Below are positions 52,583-64,000 of a DNA stretch of 64,000 nucleotides, one piece after another. Source of the DNA: Vicugna vicugna (lineage: Eukaryota); NCBI GenBank assembly GCA_013265495.1, contig MU058844.1:10500184-10564183 (forward strand), read 5' to 3'. A program made the translations under genes and the position numbers. A model generated the notes under the pieces. It saw nothing but the letters and a program-made list of their open reading frames with translations. It was not told the DNA's origin and did not search any database. The stretch's first letter is position 1; every line of letters starts with the position of its first letter.

Positions 52583-52695
52583 GTGGGGAGGGTCTGGCTC
52601 AGTTGTAGAGCACATGCTTAGCATAGGTTCAGTTCCCCAGTTCCTCTATTAAGATAAAGAAATAAAACTTAATTACCTCCCCACTCTCAAAGAAA
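52583..52695 (+). mobile_element. tRNA-Ala-derived SINE (vic-1-like) with internal deletion
   Basis: Same head, missing about 12 nt before the B box; 14-bp TSD AAAAGTACATTTTA at 52569-82 and 52696-709. Confidence 0.88.
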
Positions 52696-54259
52696 AAAAG
52701 TACATTTTATTACTTCCTAAGTAATGAATTTGCTTAGTCAAAATATGCGAATGGCTCCAATCTAGAAACTGAAGGAAAAGATAAAGGAATTGTTTGGTGG
52801 CCAGAGTCAAAAGAAGCAGAAAATGTAATGATGGAAGCCGGGACTGGATGAAGTTCTGCCCAGTAATGGCCCTTTAGTGGGCTTTGTACTCAAAGGACTG
52901 CATTATTGTACCGATGTGTTGAGGGATGGTGCCCAGACACAGGTTCAGATCAAAGAAAATGATCACGTCAGAAAGTGGAACTTAGAATGTAAAATGCAAC
53001 ACGTGGGCAGTAGGGAAACACATTTCCATTTTCCCTTGTGCAGCCCTGGCTTGATTTCGTATCAAGGAAATTAACCTAGTCACTGGATGGCATTTGGAAC
53101 CAAGAACAGAATCCCTTTGGTTCTGAGTACTTTTCCCAAGAGAATTCCTCTGGATGTAGTCATACTGCAGGGGGTGGAGGGCAGGGACACTAGGGACATC
53201 ATGCATAAAGATAAGGACGGTTTTCAGAGGCTGGAGGGAATAGCTGGAGTGAGTTTTGATGATTTTGCCTAGGAATGTATTGACCAGTAGCACTCAAGAC
53301 AAAATATCTCTATAAAGCTCTTGGGTTAATTTTTTCAGCTGCCTGTGTGGTTTATACATTTTAGGGGGAGAGGGTGGGGAGTGCAACATTTTCAAATGGT
53401 TTTGGGAATCAGTGGATTTTGCTTCTCTCATTAACATATTTCATAGGGATAGAGAGACAGGTAGAAAGACAGATCATCTTATAACCTCAGGACAAATGAA
53501 ACCTAAACCCCTGCTATGGCACGTTAAATGCTCAATTATTTTCTCTAGGGAAATGCAACGACTAGGAAAGCAGCCTCCCAGAAAGGGGAACGGTGACGGA
53601 AAAAAGAAGAGAACAAATTGGCTCAAGGAGCAGAGAGGAGGGAAGCAGTCAAAGGCATGCTCATTATTTCTATGCCTCATGGACTCGGTATCGGGCTGAG
53701 GGTTTCTCTGTCCCGACAAATGTTATCTGCTCAGAGAGGCTGCCCCAGAAACCCAGCGTTATGTCTTGTTTTTAATGGGCTTTTTTTGCAATATATTTGC
53801 ATTTGCTTAAATTTATAGTTGAAAAGGGACATGCTTTTTTTTTTAAGGTACAGAACTGTAGCTCAAAGGAGAAAGTTTACAACAGAACGTTTCATCTCAA
53901 TGTCCTGCCTTACATTGTTTTGCAGAATTAAAAAACAAAATGCCAGGAGGCATTCATTTCCATAGGAATGTGGTCTTAGACCTCAAAAAAAAAATTCATT
54001 GAACAAATATTGCAAAATAAATTGTTGGAAAAAATTAGATGTCTTAGGTTGCCAGTGGGTCCAAAGCAGTGAGCTCGCTGGTTCAGGCTGGGGAACAAGT
54101 GACTGGGGACAGGGAATCAGCATCTTCTGCAATGCTGTTAACTTACGTCACGGCCACTGAGCGTCAGTAAGGATGCACCATCTGCTGTCATGTGAAAAAG
54201 TATGTAAGAAAGGTTACCCCAGAACCATGAACTAACGTGAGGATGGTGGGCTTATTGGT

Positions 54260-54441
54260 GCCCTGTATTATACAGTGGCTACTAGCCACATGCTGCTGTT
54301 TAAATTTAAATAAATAAAGTCCCTTGATTACACTAGTGGCTGAGATGCTCATTACCCACCTATGGCTGGTGGCTACCATGTTGGACAAGAGTGATGATAA
54401 AACATTTCCATCTTCACAGGGAGTTCAACTGTCTAGTGCTG
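54260..54441. mobile_element. MER3-like hAT element
   Basis: 'gtggctactagccacatg...atggctggtggctaccatgttggaca...acatttccatc...ctagtgctg'. Confidence 0.75.
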
Positions 54442-54524
54442 ATTTCTGTATTGCCTTAGTCTTATTGTTAGATCCATTTTCTAGTAAAGCGTTAATTTGA
54501 AAAAGAGACAGCATTCATGTTGTG

Positions 54525-54805
54525 AGTAATAATGGTGGGGACCATTTACTGAATGTTCCCATGTGCTCAGCACGGCTCCAGATGCGTTTGTATGCATAAT
54601 CTCACTTTGACGTGGATTCTGTTATTATTCCTATTTTATATATGAGGCAGTTCTAAGCCTTAGTTTCCTTTTCTGTACATAAGATTGGGATAATAACGGT
54701 ACCTCTTTTAAAAGGTTCTTGTGAGGATTAAATGAGTTTATGCAGGTAAAGTGCTTAACTTGAGCCTAGGCACAGAATAAATATACAATAAATACAGCTA
54801 TTCTG
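54525..54805. mobile_element. Two adjacent MIR fragments in opposite orientation
   Basis: 'ccatttactgaatg...ttattattcctattttatatatgagg' then 'agccttagtttcc...ggataataacggtacct...gtgaggattaaatgag'. Confidence 0.75.
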
Positions 54806-55681
54806 TTAGATGTCTCATGGAATAAAGGTGTGGGTCACTCATAAGGTGCAGTGATTCGAGAATAGATTAAATGCACAAATATGCAAGTGAAGGCTGCTTG
54901 CTGACATTTGTCATTCTGGTCCTTTAGAAGGTTCCGTGCTGCCCTTCATTTCTCCTTCAAGGTACAGACAAAATTCTACATGACTGAAAAGCTAGGCTCA
55001 CATCAATCATTTAAGAAAGTATAAAAACAGAGTTGCTTTAAGCAATTTGACTCTTTGATACCCATTAAAGTTAGCAAAAAATAGCCTATAATGATTAGAT
55101 GTGAGCTGTGAATTCCAATAGCCTAACTAGGCATATGAGGTGAGAAAACCTAAATATATATAAAAATTTCCAAGTAATAGGATCGTACGCTACTGTTGTG
55201 ACTACTTCGAACATGGTAACCACAAGGTCTTTTAAAAGAATACTTCCTGTCATAACAATGATCACCTCACAAATTCAGGTTCTGTCTTTACAAAAATACC
55301 CACCCATTCCAACTCGGAAACAGGAAGCTCAATTTAAACAATTTAAAACACAACGTGGCCTAACTTATCCACTGTCAATCATTTTTGAATAATGAAAGAC
55401 TACAGAGGCTGCATATTTAACATCATCCAAAATGCTACTTTATCACCACTTTTTTGCTGTAAAGATCCGTGAATGAGAATTACACATTGTGGCCGGGGAG
55501 TAAAGGGTGAAAACTCATTTTCCTCTTGGCCTTTTAACCTCCGTGGATGTACTTTTTGAATCAGTAAAGTTGTCCTGTGGATTTTCTTTTTCCTGCTTCA
55601 CTTCTGCTGGTTTGGCTGATGAATCAGCACGTCCTGTGCTGCATATTTTGTCAAGTTGCTCTTGATGTAACTTGAGCATCA

Positions 55682-55969
<288 letters not shown>

Positions 55970-56175
55970 TTATGCGGTCAGAGATACATATTTTAGATTA
56001 TAATGTAGCTTATACAAAGAGCCAGTATTCCCAATAGGAAAATAACTGCGTAGCATATATTTAGTATTTTTTAAAGTTTCAAGCATTTTTGGTTGAAAAA
56101 TTTTAAGTAACCTATGGGCTATGTCTTCTTGCCATGATATGTCAATATTTACGGTCAGATTTAGGAGACGTGAGC

Positions 56176-56367
56176 TGTGGTGTGCTGCTAAACCAGCTCT
56201 TTGGAAAGAAAATGTCTTGACATGTAGCATTTGCTAACGTCCATGGTGTAAATATTCTCTGCATGGCCGATTTCAAGCCAGCAGTTTAACAACTGGCTAC
56301 TAAATTCCTGAAAATTTAACAGTTGGCTCTTGTGAGCTGGCAAAGAACTGGCTGCAGTATACCACCG
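56176..56367. mobile_element. MER63A-like hAT MITE
   Basis: 'ctgtggtgtgctgctaaa...ccatggtgtaaata...catggccgatttcaagc...aattcctgaaaatttaaca...cagtataccaccg'. Confidence 0.8.
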
Positions 56368-56741
56368 CGTGGGAATAAAACTCTAGACACACAGAGAGGA
56401 CAAAGGGGCCATTTCATCCATTCATTTATTCATATGCTCAACCAATGTTAGGCCCTAGGGACAGAGCCAGGAACAAAACAGACCGTCCCTGTTCTCAGGA
56501 TGGAAATTCTGACTTGTGGGGGACACAGACAGCACACTTAGAAAGAAAAGAAATGCATATGAAATTGTATATTAAGAGTGTTCCGGAATAAAAGAGCAGA
56601 TAGGGATATGATAGGGGCTCCCAGGGGTGATATGCTGGGTCTAAAGGAGGAATGGAAAACCTGTACTTAGATCACTCGAGTAAGGCTTCTCCCTGGGGTA
56701 CCGTGTAATGTGAAATGTGAATATTGAAGGACGAGAAGAGG

Positions 56742-56743
<2 letters not shown>

Positions 56744-56797
<54 letters not shown>
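56744..56797. repeat. (GT)n(GA)n compound microsatellite
   Basis: Visible directly. Confidence 0.95.
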
Positions 56798-56801
<4 letters not shown>

Positions 56802-58615
56802 GATCCAGGACCTGTGTCAGAACATCGTAGGTAGAGAAGAGCTTCCAGGGTTCAGGGAAAAGGGAATAAGCCAGTAGCACACACAGACGTAATGAGAAAA
56901 GAAGCAGAAAGATTCCCTTAGCAGTTTCCCCAAAGCCTCATTAGGTAAAGTAGTAAGTCAGTCGCTGGAGGGGTAAGACGATTCTCATTACTGACGGATG
57001 AATGACATACCTTCAGGTTGTTAAGAACCAGCGCTCAGGTTCTTGATAGTAAAATCTACTGTTTTTTTTTTTAAACATTTTCCCATCTGATATGCCACGC
57101 ATGTTCATTACAGAAAGAATATCAGAAAGCCATGACAAACAAAATGAAGAAAACAATTTAAATCATCTATGATTTTACTCCCTCAAATCACCCCTACCAA
57201 GCCTTCCAAAGTTTCTTTCCTCTCTTCCAGAACCTGTGAAGCTGGGAGAGACTTCATGGATCATCTAGCCTAAGGCTCACATACTATTTACAGGATACAA
57301 CTGTAGGCCAGAAAATGTGGTTTTTCTCTCCCTCTGCCTGTCCCCTCTTAGGGCAACATGACTTCTGAAGGACAGAAATTTTGTCTGCCATACTCACTAG
57401 TTGAATTTACTAAACAGTACCTGGTACTGTTCAATTTTTGTTGAATGAGTAAGTGGAACTTATTTAGGGCCTCATAATCTGGGTCTCCTTACTTTCAGTC
57501 CTGGCGTCTTCCCATCGCCCCAAAGCCCGCATTACTTGGGTGAGTGTCATCTGGGGTCTGTTTCTGTTTTTAATGTTACATTAGGTCAAGGGGCTGGCAA
57601 TGAAGATTTTCACTGAAATGAAGAATATCTTTAAAAGTCAGACCAGGAGATGAGAAACCAACTGCATCAACTAAATAGTTGGTTAGTAAAAAAACAAACA
57701 AACAAACAAAAAAACACACTGTAAATAATTGCAAATGAAGGGGAAAATGGCACTTTTTTTTTTCCTCTGATAATCTATCTTGCTGTTCACAGGCAACGTT
57801 GACTCTTTTGGTTCAGAGCCCTTGTTTGCTTTTGAAGTTCCCTGGGTCCTCCTTCCCAGCCCCTTGAACTTTTGTAAAGATGGTCAAGTCTCTAGTTACT
57901 CCTTGGTACTGACAAAATACCCATAAATCAACGTTTATGCCTCCTTTGTTCATATGTTGAAATTTTATCAACCTAATTAAGGCCCACGTTTTTGCAAGAG
58001 AAGCACGATGACTATTTTATTCATTTAACACAGTAAATGACGAGAAAATTCCTTGTGCGTCTGCCATCTGAGTAAGCAAATTAAAAACCCAACCAGATAA
58101 TTTCAGATTTCACTAGGAGCTCTGAGGGGATGGAATCAGTGCCTGGGGGAGAACGAGGTAATTTAGGAAGACTGATCGGCAACGTCCTCACCAAGGAGGC
58201 CAGGTATGAACTAAGAACCGAATGGCAGCAAGGAGCCAGACACTTGAAGATGGGGGGGCCTGATGTTTCAGCATTTAGCTCCAGGAGAAGTGAGCGCTCA
58301 CCTCCACGTGGTCCTTCAGGTACTGCATCCCATCCCGCTGCCCTCCAGCCGATATACCCTGGTTACACTGGACCTGCCACCCTCTTCTGGTCAGGGAGTA
58401 AGAAGAGTGGTAACCCATGTATTCCCCGATTTTCTTGTGGTTCCCTCCTTCTCTACCATGCACCGTGCTGTGCACAGGCTTGGCTGATGTGGTGACTTTG
58501 TCTATGGAAGGAATGGAAATGGGGAGGCTGGGTAAGGCGATCAAGTGGAACGCCAGAAGTTCTCTCTCTTCCAGCTGATTCTTGGTACCGCCTTCGCAGG
58601 CATTGTCCTGACGCT

Positions 58616-58958
58616 TGTTATGGACTAAATGTTTGTGTCCTCTCTGAATTTATATGTTAAAATCCTAACCCACAGTGTGATGGCATTAGGAGGTGGGGTC
58701 CTGGGGGAGTTGTTAGGTCATGAGGGTGGAGCCTTATACAGAGACATGAGAGAGATGACCTTTTACTCTGCCACATGAGAGTATAATGAGGAGACACGTG
58801 TAAGCCAGGGAGAGCCTTCACCAAGAACCTGATCGTGCTGGTACCTTGATCTCTGAACCTCCAGCTTCCAGAACGGTGAAAAGAAATATTTGTTGTTTAA
58901 GCCGCCTAGTCTATGGCATTCTGTTATAGTAGTTCTAACTATCTATCTATCTACCTAC

Positions 58959-59007
<49 letters not shown>

Positions 59008-59206
59008 AATTAATCACTCTGTCAGTGAATCTGTCATTCATTCTGTCTATCATTCAATCATCTATCTTTCATTCTATCTAATCTATCACTCTATCAATTA
59101 ATCTATCATTCTATCTATCATTCATTCTATCATCTGCCTATCATTCATTCTATCTATCATTCATCTATCCATCCATCCATCTTCTGTTTATCTCCAGACC
59201 AAGACA
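58616..59206 (+). mobile_element. MLT1A-type LTR with expanded (TATC)n near its 3' end
   Basis: 'tgttatggactaaatgtttgtgtcc...aggtcatgagggtggagcc...ttgtttaagccgcctagtctatggc'; terminal 'gaccaagaca' follows the repeat. Confidence 0.85.
58940..59185. repeat. (TATC)n tetranucleotide repeat with degenerate TCAT/TCCA extension
   Basis: Visible directly. Confidence 0.95.
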
Positions 59207-61290
59207 GCACTCTTCCCACTGAACTCTCCCTTGGTTCCCTCTTTTCTCTCTCTTAGTATGAGCTGATCCTTCTTTATTTTCTTCTGTCCCTTCATTGGCC
59301 CCAAGACTCTCAAGGACTTTTTTTTTTTCAGTTTAACCACATTTGATACTATTTTAACACACATTTAATAGGATTTTTCTCTACACTACTTTCCTCAGGC
59401 ACCCAGCAGTATAACCTTATGCTGCCAATATTACTGCCACCTCAGTTAAACAGTTTCTGGCCATAGAGTCTGGCACTGGAATGCAGTGTTTTCCCCAACA
59501 CTGGTGTCACTGGCACAGTTTCAACATGTAGAGATACATTCCCAAAAAAGGATATAGAATCACCTTGGAAGAAGACTTTGGAAGCAAGTGTAAAATTCAG
59601 GAAGTTGTTTTCCTTCAGTTACGGGGACACTGTGGGCAAACTTTGCAGAAACAGAAGTGCAGCCCACATGCTGTGCTGTAGGGTCCTAACCATCTCAGCT
59701 TTTCTTCTATCCTTGGGACAGAAACCTGCTGGGCTCATTACCTCTCCTGTTCTTGCGCCACGAGTCCTGCCTGATTTGGGGCCATCTTTGATTCCTTCTT
59801 CTCCATCTCCCATGAAGAGTTAGCCACCGCATCCTGCTAATTCACCTTCACCTTGTCTCTCTGGTTGGTTCCCTCTTTCTAACTGGTTGCCACATCTCAA
59901 GCTCAGAAATCCAATCTCTCTTATGACCATGGCCTCAGCTTCAAACTGGTCTTTCTAGAATTCTGAAAATGATACTCGATCACACTAGCTCTCTCATTAA
60001 AAGTCTTTCATGTCTTGCCAACATAAAAAAAAAAAATCCAAACTCTACCAGGGCATTCACAGCCCCACCCCAACTTACTCATCTCATTTCCACAGAGCCT
60101 GTACCCAGCTCCTGCTTAATACTCACTTCCCGCACAGAGAATTCAAAATGCCCTGTCTTTGAACTGCCTGCCCTGTAGCCTGAAATGCCCTTTCTTTCTT
60201 TTCCCCTTATAAGTGTGATCTAAAAGTCACCTCTCCCCTGCAGATTTCACTGGTGGTTTTCTCAGTCAGAACCTTCAGACAAACCTTTCTCTGCCCTGTA
60301 GCCTTTTCCTTTGTGCTACTGCAACGCCTACATCTCTTTCTTTTCTGGTATTGGAGGACTTCTGGGCTAATCTAACAACATCAAAACAATACTCCTGTGA
60401 GAAAATGTGTTTTGAATTCAGAACTGCTGGCTTCAGGATGAACCTCGGGAAGACGATCTACTTGTGACGGGGTTGGGGTGGGGCTCCTTCCACTACTGTT
60501 CCTGACTCCACTCCAATACCCGGGACCACTGTCACCCTCTTCTTCCCTTAGGCACTTCTAATGTCAAATTATGCTAACTTCACAGAAATATAATTGCAAG
60601 ACAGCTGGCTGTAAGCAATGCTCCTTTTGTGTGAGATATAAAAGAGCCACTAAAGGCTTTTTGTATTTACAATGAGAACTAGAAACCAGCAGTTCAAAGC
60701 TGAATAATGCAAGATGCCTGTGGTTTTTATCTTGACAATTTTGCATAATTACACTGTCTTCTTTCTGAACTGCCACAGTGACCGGAAGCCCTTGTAACCA
60801 TGGCCTTTCCATTTCAACCGGAGACTTCTTTTGGTAAGAAATAGCCTCACTTCAGCTGTCTTGCTCAGTCCCTTCTGAGCCAGTACCCAGCTTCTGAGTA
60901 ACTTCAAGTATCATTCACTTCATCTCCACCCCCCCAACCCCATGGATAATGTCTACTACATCTCAGCTTACCGTGCTGGATGAGGAAAGTAGTACTTGTA
61001 TCAAGTAGGGCTCTGAATTTCAGATGACTGAAAGCCTGCTTCAACATGGTGGCTCATTGACTTACATGATGGAAAAGTCCAGAGGTAGAGCTGTGTGGCA
61101 TAGACTGTCAACTGTCCCCTAAAATCCTTCCCCCTTCTTTTTAGCAATAGAACCCCTAGAAGTTTTACTTGGGCACCAGTTCGTCCAGCTAGAAATACTT
61201 CTTCCAGACTCACTATGGCCAAATAACCACCTCTGCCTATTGGCAGGGAATGGAAGTGACATGTGTAAACTCCACAGTGTGTCCTTAAAA

Positions 61291-61512
61291 CAATGGTTCT
61301 CAACGGGGAGCTGTTTCATCCGCCAGACATTTTGCAATGTCTGGAGACAATTTTTGATTGTCATACTTGGAGTGGGGTTGGAGGGTAATATGGGCATTGA
61401 GTGGGTAAAGGCCAGGGATTCTGCTAAACATCCTACAATGCACAGGACAGCTCTTAACAATAAAGCCTCATCAAGCCTGAAATATCAACAGAGCTAAAAC
61501 AGATAAACCCTG
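61291..61512 (+). mobile_element. MER20 hAT element nested in an old MLT-like LTR (~61105-61820)
   Basis: 'caatggttctcaac...atgtctggagaca...ggccagggattctgctaaacatcctacaatgcacaggacagc'; perfect 8-bp TSD CCTTAAAA at 61283-90 and 61513-20. Confidence 0.92.
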
Positions 61513-64000
61513 CCTTAAAACCAGCTTCACGCCTTCCCTTTTTCCTTTCTTGCTACTGAAACAGGGATGTGATGGGAGGGCAATGAACCAGCTTTTACTT
61601 TGTAACAAGAAGACAGTACTCTGGGGGTGCTGGACAGCAAGATGGGAAGATCCTGGGTCCCTAAATGACCTCACAGCCCCAAATTGCCTACCAATCTTGT
61701 CCACTCACCCACCTAGGGACATGCGGGAGATAAAGAATTTCAAACAGAAAAATTCTATCTTTTGGAGCCACTGTATTTCGGAGTCTCTGTTCCAGCAGTT
61801 ACGTCTGCTCTCTCTCTCTAATTCAAATTCACCAGAACCAGCAGGGTCCCGGGTTTGCCTGTGTCTCTAGTCTGTTTTCTGTAGAGTCCTCTGTAGATTT
61901 CACATGGTGGCCTCCCTGAGATATCCTAGGCTTTTCCCTTAAGGATGTAAATGACTGTACCAGCCTCATGTCTCCTAGCATCACACTATACCATCCAAGG
62001 GAAAGACAGTCTCCATCAGAATTCCCAGGAAAAGTCCCAGGTTCACGCTGCTCTGGACAAACCTCGATGACATGTGGTCCCTACAGTGATCGCTGTGGTA
62101 AAGAGGCTGTAGTGAGCTAGACTGGCTTAGTCCTCAGTCATGTATCCATCCCCAAACCAATCAGGAGGGCCGGGAATCCTACCTTTGGAGTTGGGAGTTG
62201 GCGCAACTCTACTCTAAGCACAAAGCTGAGAATAGAAGACTATGGTGGCCCCTCAAACAGGAATTAGGAGGCTCTGACCAAGAAGGCTGGGAAGAGAAGT
62301 TGGGAGACAAACAACCAATGTGTGTAGAGTTTCTCAGCCTAGGGTCTCTAGGATTCCATCTCTGTCTAAACTTGAAAGTGTGTGTAGATGTCTCTTCAGA
62401 CAGACATTCCTTCCTACTTGAGATCAAATTCCTAGGAATGAGCCCTCAAGTGCTTGTATCAAGTGGTCCAGCAGTAGCAGAGACCGCTGAGTGAAAACAC
62501 GGCAGATTTAGGGTTTAGCGTTTCCTTGCCACCGGCAGCTTCTTCTTGTGCATCTATGGACTATCTCATCATTAAGCCAAACATTTAACAGTACACAGAT
62601 AATTAAATACTAACAGGGTTCACAGAGCAGACAATTTCCATTGCCATCACTGGCAGTTACAGCACATTTACTTGAGGGGGGTCTTTATAAATAATTTACA
62701 AGTACTGTGAGAAGACTACACTGAAGAACTTAGTATCTTTATAGTTTGAAATGCTCCCTGTAATGTTATAGCAAGGATGTAGCATTAAAAATATATTCTG
62801 GGAAAATCTTCTATGGGAGCCTACAATTTAAAAATGAATTTATATTAGTTAAGTGCAGTGTTTGCCACAGAGAAAAGCAACCTCGTTTTAATCAGTCAGA
62901 TCAGAAATTAGCAAAAGCTGACTTCGTTTGTTAATGGTGGCGGACTGCTTTGAGGAGACAAAAACATAAATGCAAAATTCTATTGTTAGGAATTAAATGG
63001 AAAGCATTTTTGGTCGTGGGGAGGAAGCCACTGAATTCCAACAATCATTTTTGTTGCTGCCAAATGGACTGAATACGACTGCCAGCCCCTTGACTGAAAA
63101 TGTGGGAACTCTTGTCCAAAACCTGGGGAACAGGAATCCAGCAAAGGAAGATTTCACATATGTGGCACATTTATCCACTGACCTTTGCAGAGGAAGGAGT
63201 ACACTGCATTTGCAAAATCTGAATCTTCTCTGTTCTGTATTTAAGGTGGAATCCTTCATCTATAATTCAACCCTCTTTTCCCTGAACTTTGGAAAATCTT
63301 TTGGAAAGGTCAAACACGTAAGACTAGGAACGGTAGTAATTATGTCTGATTCTTTCTGGATGACTACAAAGAGTTTGGTGGCATGACCACGTCTAAACTG
63401 TTTGTATGAGCTGATTAGAAAAAAACAGTCAAAGGATTCAGCAAAGCAAACCAAATTGCAAACGGCAAATTTCACTTGACTTGTATTTTTTCCTGGACAA
63501 TTGTGCTTAGACTCTTGTTTATGCCAGATGAAAGGTCACTAGTAAGATATCTCTTTCTTTTTTCTTCTCCTTTGAAAAAAAAAACAGCAATTATTAGACA
63601 TTTCTACTTGATGAGATGATGCTGGTAGCACTGTTACTTGATAACATCATTGCTGGGATTTAAAAGTAACACGACAGATGGATGCTACTCCTTACCGACA
63701 TGGAGACGGTTTCTGGACAATCCAGCCTGAGTTCAAAACAAAGACAATGTGAGAACAGAGGAGCTCTTACACATAATATGACTGGACAGGGTGAGTGCTC
63801 TGTAGCGGGGTTACTGCAGGCTCGCCCAGTTCACAGATTGGTTCAGGCAGAATCGACGTCACTCTCATTGACTCCCTATTCTTTGTATGTACTTGCTTTA
63901 AAATATCTCCGTGTCTTTTAAACATTCTTCTATCTAAGCCTTAGAAAATTTATGGATGGAGATTGTCTTAGGATAATTGAGAGAGAGATTTGGAAATGTT

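Noticed and set aside
58940..59185. CRISPR-like or coding repeat array
   Set aside because: Simple degenerate tetranucleotide repeat with no unique spacers, in a eukaryotic context.

Overview
Mammalian genomic DNA, most likely a camelid, judged from four tRNA-Ala(AGC)-derived SINEs resembling the camelid vic-1 family. The only protein-coding gene I can support is the 3' end of synaptotagmin-1 (SYT1) on the minus strand. It comprises the penultimate coding exon (55814-55947), the last coding exon (51265-51471, end of the C2B domain) and a ~2.9 kb 3'UTR ending at an AATAAA at 48400-48405. Positions 1-48380 are downstream intergenic sequence and 55948-64000 is intron. Both are dense in repeats: a near full-length Tigger1, L1, L2, MIR, MLT1/MLT2, ERV-like LTRs, MER hAT elements and microsatellites. 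There is also a 3'-truncated U2 snRNA retropseudogene. Nearly all ORFs in the supplied track are spurious or repeat-derived. I found no convincing new gene system. The best leads are regulatory: an LTR-like promoter (CCAAT/octamer/TATA/CRE) pointing antisense into the SYT1 3' end; a motif-dense SYT1 3'UTR (miR-34/137/92/128/153 seeds, Pumilio/ARE, rG4, hairpins, possible alternative polyadenylation); a strong CTCF site inside a motif cluster; and some unusual L1 architectures. Repeat family names are recalled from consensus sequences and need RepeatMasker/Dfam confirmation.
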